From: Myxococcota bacterium
Lineage (GTDB): Bacteria > Myxococcota_C > UBA6777
DNA: 64,000 nucleotides
Direction: 5' to 3'
Assembly: GCA_023150835.1 (NCBI GenBank)
Contig: JAKLKB010000024.1
Coordinates: 4,534 to 68,533, forward strand
Part shown: in pieces, positions 56,079 to 64,000 of the stretch
Layout: every line of letters begins with the position of its first letter
Numbering within the stretch: position 1 is the first letter of the stretch
Made by a program: the position numbers and the translations under genes
Notes under the pieces: generated by a model
Told to the model about the DNA's origin: nothing
The model's database searches: none
Seen by the model: the letters and a program-made list of their open reading frames with translations, nothing else

Positions 56079-57911
56079 TCAGCTATGGCGGGAGGTGTGT
56101 TCAAAGACTTCGAGTTTGAATTCGCCGATGGGGTCTTCGGAGAGTTCGAGGATGCTGTGGTAGCTGAGATGATCGGATTTGAGTTCGGGTTCTTCGGGGA
56201 GTTGTCGAGCGACTTCGTAGGCGAAGTGTTCGAGTTTTTGTTCGTCGGTATCGGGGGAACTGATGGCGAGGATACCGTTGAAGGGGGCGAAGATACGGAC
56301 GCGATCACCGAAGCGGATCTTGAGTTTGGACAGAGCGCCTTTGAGCAGGGCGGGGTGAGCGGCGATGGAGGCGGCGTCACGGCCCATCAGAGCGACCATT
56401 TGGATACCACGCAAGAAAGAGCGGCGGGTGGTGTAGCGCAGTTTGTAGTGGTGTAGGGCAAGATCGCGTTGGAACAGGGCTTCGGCGCGATCGATATCGC
56501 CGTTGACCATGCGCAGACCGTAGATGGTGTCGTGTTCGCATTCGTCGGTAAAGATCTCGAATAGGCCATCTTTGCGTTCGCGAAACAAGAAGGCTTCGGG
56601 TTCTTGCATCATCTCGGCATAGCAAGATTGGAAGCGTTCGCGGGACATCAAGCGTTTGCCGACGTAGCGCAGAGATTCCGAGGTCTTGTTCGAGACCAAC
56701 CAACTCACCAGCCGCGAAAGGGCTTGATCGTCGGTCGGGTCGATATGATCGGCGATATGAGCGAAGGTCAATAACTCCAACGGATTTTCGTTGCGAAACA
56801 CCATCAGCTTGCCAAAGTCAGCCCATTGTGTCGAAAAGCCGGGTGGAAGCCGATTGAGGAAGCGTTCGTAGACGCGCTCTTCTTTTTGTAGGGCTTTGAC
56901 GATGCGTTCCATCGTGAGCCAGATCTGATCGCTGATCAGCCGGCCTTTGTAGATGGCGAGCAGTTGGAGCAATTCGAGTGGTGGAAAGCGACGAGATAAC
57001 CCCGTTGTGGTGCTGATCCACCACGCGGGTTCGCTGTCGTCTTGGCCGTAGACTTCGTTGATCTCGACTTGGAAGTGCGCCGCTGCGTTTGCAAAGTGTT
57101 GCATCGCGAGGCTGTCGATGGAAAACACGATGGCTTGGAGTTTTCCTTCGCGCAGAGACTCCGCAAGGCGTGGGTCGAGCCAGTCCGCATAGATGCCGTG
57201 ATCGAGGCCCACCGCTTTGCGTTGATCGAGCGGCCAGCGGTCGATCCCGACGAGGCGACGGCGAGGGATGCTTTCTTTTTGAAAGAACTGCCAAAAGTCT
57301 TCGCTTGCGAGTTCGCGCATTTGACATTCAACTTGTACGCTGTCCTTTTCTTGGGTCGCAAACAAGAAATGTCCTTCATCCACGCGCAAGAACGCCGCTC
57401 CGTGTTCTTCGGCATCCAACAGCACTTGTCGCCATGATGAACGCACCGAAAGAACCCGCCCGATCTCTTCGAGGCAAAGCGCATCATCTAAAAAGATCGG
57501 CGCTGTATCGGGTGGACGGGTGCGGAAGTAGTCTGGATGATCGCGGAAAAATTGGATCGGATCGGGTGTCGCATCAAAACGAAAGCGGATGCGTTGGACT
57601 TCGCCTTGATCGAAGGTGAAGTCGCACAAGATACATCCCGAATGATCGGGCATTCCGACACCGAGCACTGCGCGGCGGGCATCATTGGGTGATGAGGCAC
57701 GACCGCACTTGGTGCAATGAGTGTCGATGTGCCGCGTGATCTGGTGGATCTCTTCGATCAGCTTCTCGGGTTGCAGATCATCGATCTCGATCTGCCGTCG
57801 TGATGGATAGTAATAGCTATGTTCGCAGGTGCATTGCATCACAACGTAAAATACATACGAAACAAAATACGGCTGCTCGGGGCTTGGGATGATCGAGGAT
57901 GGTTGGGCCAT
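56079..57911 (-). CDS. Hypothetical protein with N-terminal putative Zn-binding Cys motifs
   Basis: CTCEH ... CTKCG; 610-aa ORF; GAGGA RBS. Confidence 0.75.
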   Translation of the reverse strand: MAQPSSIIPSPEQPYFVSYVFYVVMQCTCEHSYYYPSRRQIEIDDLQPEKLIEEIHQITRHIDTHCTKCGRASSPNDARRAVLGVGMPDHSGCILCDFTFDQGEVQRIRFRFDATPDPIQFFRDHPDYFRTRPPDTAPIFLDDALCLEEIGRVLSVRSSWRQVLLDAEEHGAAFLRVDEGHFLFATQEKDSVQVECQMRELASEDFWQFFQKESIPRRRLVGIDRWPLDQRKAVGLDHGIYADWLDPRLAESLREGKLQAIVFSIDSLAMQHFANAAAHFQVEINEVYGQDDSEPAWWISTTTGLSRRFPPLELLQLLAIYKGRLISDQIWLTMERIVKALQKEERVYERFLNRLPPGFSTQWADFGKLMVFRNENPLELLTFAHIADHIDPTDDQALSRLVSWLVSNKTSESLRYVGKRLMSRERFQSCYAEMMQEPEAFLFRERKDGLFEIFTDECEHDTIYGLRMVNGDIDRAEALFQRDLALHHYKLRYTTRRSFLRGIQMVALMGRDAASIAAHPALLKGALSKLKIRFGDRVRIFAPFNGILAISSPDTDEQKLEHFAYEVARQLPEEPELKSDHLSYHSILELSEDPIGEFKLEVFEHTSRHS

Positions 57912-58043
57912 ATCGTGATCCTCTTTGGGCAAAGGAGGGACGGGGGACGCATCGGACTTCAACACCATCTTAGAAGCAGGCCGTAGGATCGCAAATTTTT
58001 CACCCTTCTGCTTTTCGTAAAACGACAGGGTTGTTTTCTTGGA

Positions 58044-58105
58044 TGGTGCGCTGCCCTAAACCCCACGCCCTTTGTTCGGCCCCCTAGACCCCGCATTGGC
58101 GAAGG
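58044..58105 (-). repeat. Family A element, partial (3' half)
   Basis: Reverse complement TTCGCCAATGCGGGGTCTAGGGG..GGGGTTTAGGGCAGCGCACCA. Confidence 0.6.
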
Positions 58106-58147
58106 GTGAATACACAGTCGATTGTTCGTACAGGTGGAATCTTTGCA

Positions 58148-60352
58148 TCATTCGGGGTATTGGACTTTGGCAGGGGTTGAGATCGAGTCCGAGGAGCCAT
58201 CTCCGAGAAAGCCGTTGCCTCGGTATCCCCAGCAGTGAGTCGTGTTGTTTTTCAACACGGCGCAAGTGTGGAATTTGCCAGCGGAGATCTGCTGAACATC
58301 GGACAAGGAGGCGAGCTTGGTGGGGCTGTTGAGGAGGGGGGTTGATCCCTCGCTGGCTTGATTTTGGTCGTTTTTGCCCCAGCAATAGGCTGTGCCATCT
58401 TTGACAACGGCGCACGTGTGTTCGTTTCCGCCCGATACCTGCACGACACCGGTCAAGTTTGGAACTTGGACGAGTTTGCGTGGCTCCGTGTCAGCTTTGC
58501 CGAGTTGTCCTGAAGAGTTGTCTCCCCAACAGGTGACCGTTCCGTCTTGGCGGACTGCGCAGGTGTGCGCAGTCCCAGAGGAGATCTGTTTGACGTTTTC
58601 GATGCCTTGGATTTTTTTCGGGGCTTCACCACAAGAAACGAAACTGTCGCAGAATTTCTGCATGGCCTGTCCTTCACGGTTCTCTCCCCAACAATACACA
58701 CTTCCATTGTTATCAAGAGCGCAGGTGTGTTTCGAACCAGCCGAGATTTGCAGGATGTTGTTGAGATAAGGCACACGGACGGGGTGAGCGATGTGTGGGT
58801 TGATGTGTACGGTGTCGGGTTCGAGCCCGATGCCGAGCCGCATATCGGACTGAGCGCCCCAACAAGCCACATATCCGTCGTTGAGGACAGCGCAAGTATG
58901 TTGGCCGCCTGTTGATATCTGTTTGACGTTCGCGAGCTGGACGACAGGTATGGGGGCCAAGCGCTTTTCTTGCGTGTTGTCTCCAAGTTGTCCAAATTCG
59001 TTATCCCCCCAACAATGGGCCGTTCCGTCGTTGAGGACAGCGCAGGTTTGAGCCGCACCTACGGAGACTTGTTTCACGTTGGCGAGAGTCGCGACTTGTG
59101 TGGGGGCTCCTCCCTGTTGTGATGTGCTGCCGAGTTGCCCAAAATCGTTGTTTCCCCAGCAGTGTGCGGTGTTGTCTTCGAGAACGGCGCAAGAGTGAGA
59201 GGAGCCAGCGGAGACGCTTTTGGTCTTTGTAGAAAGTTGCGCTTGGATCGGCTTTTTAGCGTTTTGGTGGGTGCCGTTGCCCAATTTCCCTAAACCGACT
59301 TCTCCCCAACATCGGGTGGTTCCGTCTTTGAGTGCGACGCAGGTATAACAGCCTCCTGCGGAGGCGTATTGCACTTCGGACAGCTCACCGATCTGCACAG
59401 GGCTTGTTTGATGGCGGGACGAGGTGCGATCAAGCTGCTTACAGGTGTTGTCTCCCCAGCAATGGAGGCTTCCGTCTTCGAGCGTGGCGCAGGTGTGATG
59501 ATGACGAGTGGAGATGTGTTTGGCGTTGGCGATGCCTTTGACTTGGACGGGGGTTGTGCGGTTTTCGGTGGTGCCGTCTCCAAGCTCTCCTTCTGTATTG
59601 AGTCCCCAGCATCGGACGGTACCGTCTTGGAGTAGCGCGCAGGTGTGCGCATGGCCGATCTCGATCTGCTTGGCGTTTGTGAGGCCCTTGACTTGGACGG
59701 GGGTTGTGCGGCTTTCGGTGGTGCCGTCCCCAAGCTCTCCATACGAATTGCCTCCCCAGCATCGGGCCGTTCCATCGTTGAGCAGCGCGCAGGTCTGGTA
59801 GTTGGCAGCGAAGATCTGCTTGATGTCGGTGATGCCTTTGACTTGGACGGGGGTTGTGCGGCTTTCGGTGGTGCCGTCCCCAAGCTCTCCTTGACTGTTG
59901 TGCCCCCAGCATTGGGCCGTTCCGTCTTGGAGTAGCGCGCAGGTGTGCCAGTAGCCTGTGGATATCTGCTGGACGTTCTTCAACGGCTGGATCAGCACAG
60001 GTTTGGTGTCGGAACCCTTTGAGTTCTCGCCTGTGTAACCGTGAATTCCCCAACAGAAGACTGTTCCGTCTTGGAGCAGCGCGCAAGTGTACCGGTAGTT
60101 TAAAGATATCTGCTTGACTTTGGACAGACCTTTGATTTCCACAGGGGTGCTTCGGTTCTCTTTCGTTCCATCCCCCAATTGTCCATCCGAGTTGTTGCCC
60201 CAACAGTACACGCTTTCGTTGGAAAGTATCGCGCAAGTGTGTACCATTCCTGCGGAGATCTGCATGGTGGTTGGTGCATGAGAACAAGCAGGCAAGAGCG
60301 CACCAAGGGCGAACGCGCAGAAGATAGATCGCCACGAGAGTTTTTCGATCAT
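58148..60352 (-). CDS. RCC1/BLIP-II repeat lipoprotein (about 14 blades)
   Basis: Repeated SAG..HTCA...DG.V.CWG.N..GQLG; lipobox LPAC; GGAGG RBS. Confidence 0.95.
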   Translation of the reverse strand: MIEKLSWRSIFCAFALGALLPACSHAPTTMQISAGMVHTCAILSNESVYCWGNNSDGQLGDGTKENRSTPVEIKGLSKVKQISLNYRYTCALLQDGTVFCWGIHGYTGENSKGSDTKPVLIQPLKNVQQISTGYWHTCALLQDGTAQCWGHNSQGELGDGTTESRTTPVQVKGITDIKQIFAANYQTCALLNDGTARCWGGNSYGELGDGTTESRTTPVQVKGLTNAKQIEIGHAHTCALLQDGTVRCWGLNTEGELGDGTTENRTTPVQVKGIANAKHISTRHHHTCATLEDGSLHCWGDNTCKQLDRTSSRHQTSPVQIGELSEVQYASAGGCYTCVALKDGTTRCWGEVGLGKLGNGTHQNAKKPIQAQLSTKTKSVSAGSSHSCAVLEDNTAHCWGNNDFGQLGSTSQQGGAPTQVATLANVKQVSVGAAQTCAVLNDGTAHCWGDNEFGQLGDNTQEKRLAPIPVVQLANVKQISTGGQHTCAVLNDGYVACWGAQSDMRLGIGLEPDTVHINPHIAHPVRVPYLNNILQISAGSKHTCALDNNGSVYCWGENREGQAMQKFCDSFVSCGEAPKKIQGIENVKQISSGTAHTCAVRQDGTVTCWGDNSSGQLGKADTEPRKLVQVPNLTGVVQVSGGNEHTCAVVKDGTAYCWGKNDQNQASEGSTPLLNSPTKLASLSDVQQISAGKFHTCAVLKNNTTHCWGYRGNGFLGDGSSDSISTPAKVQYPE

Positions 60353-61052
60353 AACGAACCTCCGGGTTGTTAGGCGTGAGGCCCAACATGGGCCGATATC
60401 CACGCATGAAGTTTCTAGGTTTTCCCTGTTTTATGGGCTTCGATGTAAGGCAAGTCCTCAAATCCCCAGACTTTCAAACGCAGAAGTCATGTTTCGCCTT
60501 TTTAGAAAAGTAGCGTTAAAAAGTCTTTGTTTTTGATGGCAGTCGTGCTATAAATCAAAAGGCGTGCCAGATAGCCTTGAGCGACGGGTTGGAGGGCGAA
60601 ACTTCAAGCGGAAAGGCCAATAGAGAAGGGCGTGGCGTGGGGGGGGATTGCTTGGGATGGGTGGGCAGAAGCTGGTTTCGATAGGCGCAAGCCTGCTCCG
60701 ATCAGGCGAGAGCAGGCTCCCACAGGCGAACGGCTGCTCCATCTGGAGTGGTGTGGTATCCGTCAAGCGCGAGATCGAAGTGATCAGGGCAGGCTCCCTC
60801 GTGGCTCCACCAAAACAGAATCGCAGCACGCGAACGCACCGATAGGTTGAGCGCACTTCTTTCGGATCTCGTGTTGGTTTGTCGATTTTCTCGAAGGCGG
60901 TTGTTTCTTTCGCTTTTTTCTTGTACGCTCCCCTCCATCTTTTTTTGCAACCCTGTCTTTGCTCCCTGATGGCCCATACAAGATCCTGCCCGCAAGCCGC
61001 GACCGCGTAGGGGCTGTCCCCATCACTCAACGAAAACACTTTGGAGGTTCCG

Positions 61053-61754
61053 ATGGCTCTCCCTAAATCCAACGCGCCGACCCAACAATACTATCGCTCT
61101 GGCATCCACCTTGAGGCCATGCTCGATCTCGAAGATTGCACACGCGATCTGCTGCCCTCGATCGCTACCCACAACGAACACTTCGCCTCTCTGCTTGCCC
61201 AAGACGATAAACTCCAAGCTCTTTCCATCAAAGCCTATGCTCGCCTTCTTTGGGCAGACAACCATCTCGATAACCTCGTCCGTGATCTCTCCGCTGATCT
61301 CAAAAAGATCGATCGCCATCAACCCACCCTCCGCGCCCACGAACGCTTTTTCCCCGAAGGCGGCTTTGCCGGCGTCATCCAACCCTCTGGACGCGCTGTC
61401 TCCTCAGAGATCGACACCCTGCGCAAGCGGTTCCCCGTCCTCGATGACCTTTGCTCCCAAGCCCCTGAACTCGCCGCGCATCTCCAAAGCCTCGAAGCCG
61501 CTTGCAAAACCGCCGAAGCCGCTCTCGCTGCCGTCACTCGCCTCGATCAACAACGCGCCCAACTCAGCGTCGAGGCCGACATTCTTCGCAACGCATGGCG
61601 CACCGCTGCCTACCAGATCGAAGGCGAACTCAATCGTCGATTCCCCGGTCGCAAAGATATCGTCCGTGATTTCTTCTACTCCCCTTCGTCTGAATCCTCC
61701 ACCGCCACCGCTTCCGATGCTCCCACACCGCCTTCTCCCAACCAACCTTCCTGA
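61053..61754 (+). CDS. Hypothetical all-helical protein with Pro/Ser-rich tail
   Basis: GGAGG RBS before ATG 61053; 233 aa with coiled-coil character. Confidence 0.8.
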   Translation: MALPKSNAPTQQYYRSGIHLEAMLDLEDCTRDLLPSIATHNEHFASLLAQDDKLQALSIKAYARLLWADNHLDNLVRDLSADLKKIDRHQPTLRAHERFFPEGGFAGVIQPSGRAVSSEIDTLRKRFPVLDDLCSQAPELAAHLQSLEAACKTAEAALAAVTRLDQQRAQLSVEADILRNAWRTAAYQIEGELNRRFPGRKDIVRDFFYSPSSESSTATASDAPTPPSPNQPS

Positions 61755-61811
61755 ACCTCGTACGCCCTCGCTGCCTCGGAATTCTTCGTTCTCCCGCACA
61801 AAAGCTCTCCT

Positions 61812-62002
61812 CCCACTCGGGCAAAAGCCGTTCGTGCGCTTCAACGAAGTTTTCCCGCTCGGGCAAAAGCCGTTCGTGCGCTTCAACGAAGTTTTCCCGC
61901 TCGGGCAAAAGCCGTTCGTGCGCTTCAACGAAGTTTTCCCGCTCGGGCAAAAGCCGTTCGTGCGCTTCAACGAAGTTTTCCGCTCGAACAAAGGCCGTCC
62001 GT
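61812..62002. repeat. 42-bp tandem repeat x4.5
   Basis: Unit CCCGCTCGGGCAAAAGCCGTTCGTGCGCTTCAACGAAGTTTT at 61812, 61854, 61896 and 61938. Confidence 0.95.
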
Positions 62003-62139
62003 CTACCCGACCCCGCTAGGCTCCGCGAGAAACCGAAAACCGTCTCGCAACCCAAGCGATACGAAATCCGAAAGATGTGTGATCAAGGCGCGTATGGGGT
62101 GGAACCCCACAAAAACCATCGAACCGCGTAAGTCCGATG

Positions 62140-62472
62140 CTATTTGTTTTGGAGAGCGCAGCCAGCGCGGGGGCTGATGTAACGGGCGGTAGAGGAATTC
62201 CAGAGCATAAGGGCGGTGGCGGTGGCGGTGACGGATTTGGTGGGGGTGTCGATGTGGATGCGGCTGTAGGGGAGGACTTGTCGGACGTAGCGTTTGCAAT
62301 CTTCTTCGGGTCGTCGGGTGACAAAGAGGCAGGAGCAAGTGTTTTGGGCGTACCAAGCGGAGTTGAGTTCGGCGAGGTTGCGGAGGTTGCGGCGATTTTG
62401 GAAGAGCCAAAAGCCCGTGAGAAGGAGAAAGAAGAACAGGACGGTGGCGAGCCACTTGAGGATGCGTTTCAT
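62140..62472 (-). CDS. Small membrane-anchored protein with a CSC.FV motif, accessory to the serine hydrolase
   Basis: YAQNTCSCLFV..R....C and a C-terminal GC motif, similar to the N-terminal module of many AmpC-like hydrolases. Confidence 0.75.
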   Translation of the reverse strand: MKRILKWLATVLFFFLLLTGFWLFQNRRNLRNLAELNSAWYAQNTCSCLFVTRRPEEDCKRYVRQVLPYSRIHIDTPTKSVTATATALMLWNSSTARYISPRAGCALQNK

Positions 62473-62490
62473 CGGCGGTTTGCTCCGTGT

Positions 62491-63972
62491 TTAGGGTCGT
62501 TGGGATGCGGGTTGGAGGGGGACTTGGGGCGGTGTTTTGGAGGGAGGGTTGTTGGGAGCGGGGGTGGGGGGAGAGCGACGGGCTTCGAGATCAGGCTTTC
62601 CTGTGGGGGAGGGAGGGAGTTTGGTTTGGACGGCGTTGAAGAGAAGCTCTAAGAAGCGTTCTTCTTTGAAGGTGTCGTCGCGGTTGTCGGAGGTGAGGAC
62701 GACGACGAGATCGTGGGAAGGGAAAGCGTAGATGCGCTGGCCCCAATGGCCGCTTGCGCGGAGCATATCGCGGGGGGCTTTGGGAAAGCGAGGGGGGACG
62801 TTGTTTTCGGGGCGCCCGACGTTGAGCCACCAATGCGCGCCGTATTCGCCTTTTTCGTCTGCGGGTGGAACGGTGGCGGTGAAAGCGACCCATCCTTCGG
62901 GCAAGAGGCGCTTGTTTTCCCACAGGCCGTCGTTGAGGTAGAGGTAGCCGAACTTGGCCAACTGGCGGGGCGATGCGTAGAGATAAGAGGAACCGACGAC
63001 GTTGTTGGAGCCGTCGCGTTGCCAAGTGACGTTTTTCATGCCGATGCGATCGAAGAGATGGGTCCACATCCATGTGTCCATGTTTTGGCCTTTAAGGGCG
63101 GAGCGCAAGACGGCGACGGCGAGATTGCTGGTGCCGCTGGAATAGTACCAATGGGAGCCGGGCTGGAAGCGCATGGGTTGTTGGGCGGCAAAGGCTCCCA
63201 TATCTTTGCGGCCTTCGCTGTAGAGCATGGCCAAGACAGAAGAATCGAAGAAAGAGGCTTCGTAGCCTTCGCGCCAAAAGAGGCCGGGGGTCATTTGGAG
63301 GAGATGGCGGATCGTGATGGTTTTGTGTTGTCCGCGATCCAAGGGCTTGTAGAGGGTGGAGGCGGGCTGATCGAGCGAAAGCAGTCCTTGTTGCTTGGCG
63401 ATACCGTAGAGGGCGTTGACGAAGCTTTTGCTGACAGACCAAGCGAGATGGGGGCGATCTTTGTCAAAGCCACGAGCGTATTTTTCAAACGCGAGATAGC
63501 CGCCTTTGACGATCACCAAGCCGTCGGTACGGATGCCTTTGCGATCTTGGTCGTTGCCTGTACGGGCAAAGGTGTATTGATCGAGTGCTGCGAGGGCTTT
63601 GGCGTTGATGCCGAGGTCTTCGGGCTTTTTGGTTTGCCATTGTTGGGTCGGCCAGTAGGTGCGGTTGCGTACGACGGGAGAATAGGCGGTGATGGCTTGG
63701 CCCAAGGTCTTGAGGCCGACGGGGAGGGGGTTGGGTTCGGGCTGTTTACAGGCGATGAGCCAAGGAAGGCAAAGCAAGCAAAGAAGGGGTGTAAGGTGAG
63801 AGGGCAGGGTGAGGGGAGTGGTTTTGAGGGAGGCATAGGGTCGGTAGATGCGGAAGAAAGCGAAGAGAGCGCGTGCGGCGAAGAAGAAGCCAGCAAGTTG
63901 AAGGAATCGCGGAAGCAAGGGGCGAAGGGAGTCACGGGGGGCGCCTGCGTCTTGGAGGGTGACGTGGAGCAT
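62491..63972 (-). CDS. Serine hydrolase, beta-lactamase class C/AmpC-like family, probable lipoprotein
   Basis: WSVSKS (SxxK), ITIRHLL.M..G, PG..W.YSSG, YGAHWW, GHWGQ. Start uncertain. Confidence 0.92.
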   Translation of the reverse strand: MLHVTLQDAGAPRDSLRPLLPRFLQLAGFFFAARALFAFFRIYRPYASLKTTPLTLPSHLTPLLCLLCLPWLIACKQPEPNPLPVGLKTLGQAITAYSPVVRNRTYWPTQQWQTKKPEDLGINAKALAALDQYTFARTGNDQDRKGIRTDGLVIVKGGYLAFEKYARGFDKDRPHLAWSVSKSFVNALYGIAKQQGLLSLDQPASTLYKPLDRGQHKTITIRHLLQMTPGLFWREGYEASFFDSSVLAMLYSEGRKDMGAFAAQQPMRFQPGSHWYYSSGTSNLAVAVLRSALKGQNMDTWMWTHLFDRIGMKNVTWQRDGSNNVVGSSYLYASPRQLAKFGYLYLNDGLWENKRLLPEGWVAFTATVPPADEKGEYGAHWWLNVGRPENNVPPRFPKAPRDMLRASGHWGQRIYAFPSHDLVVVLTSDNRDDTFKEERFLELLFNAVQTKLPPSPTGKPDLEARRSPPTPAPNNPPSKTPPQVPLQPASQRP

Positions 63973-64000
63973 GGTCTCAAGCCAAAGGCCAAGGGTCCAA

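Noticed and set aside
60548..61072. Possible small genes between the RCC1 gene and the 61 kb gene
   Set aside because: No RBS or recognisable motif; more likely a divergent promoter region.
62140..63972. Split serine hydrolase as a novelty or a resistance gene
   Set aside because: A hydrolase with a separate small Cys-motif gene is an arrangement I recall from other bacteria, and the motifs do not establish beta-lactamase activity.
1..64000. tRNA, rRNA, transposase, integrase or prophage genes
   Set aside because: I recognised no such motifs by eye; tRNAscan and HMM searches would be needed to exclude them fully.

Overview
About 57% GC bacterial DNA, probably from a Myxococcota/Deltaproteobacteria-like organism (inferred from the gspC-N order with PilM-like GspL, an NtrC-type regulator, and HEAT- and RCC1-repeat proteins). 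Contents: (1) a type II FAS/PKS-like cluster at ~1-7.5 kb (possible ketosynthase-like tail, Tat lipoprotein, ACP, GcvT-like protein, FabG, FabD, FabZ-like, alkyl-DHAP synthase-like flavoenzyme); (2) msrA, a HEAT protein, an atypical ClpX paralog, pyk, NADAR, hydrolases and a 1401-aa low-complexity protein; (3) a broken HEPN module; (4) a gspC-N type II secretion operon with a candidate sigma54 promoter beside a sigma54 activator; (5) canonical clpX and rplM-rpsI, with large insertions in uS9; (6) corA, an orphan DUF2357/McrC-like nuclease, a TldD/PmbA-like protein, cysE, an RCC1 lipoprotein and a serine hydrolase. Intergenic DNA is dense with two dispersed element families: a ~120-bp multi-hairpin element (family A; 6 full and 2 partial copies) and a ~115-bp TIR-bounded MITE carrying a GTAG-REP hairpin (family B; about 12 copies). 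There are also REP arrays and many tandem duplications at gene 3' ends. I saw no rRNA, tRNA, CRISPR array or transposase. All calls come from reading motifs by eye; no searches were run.
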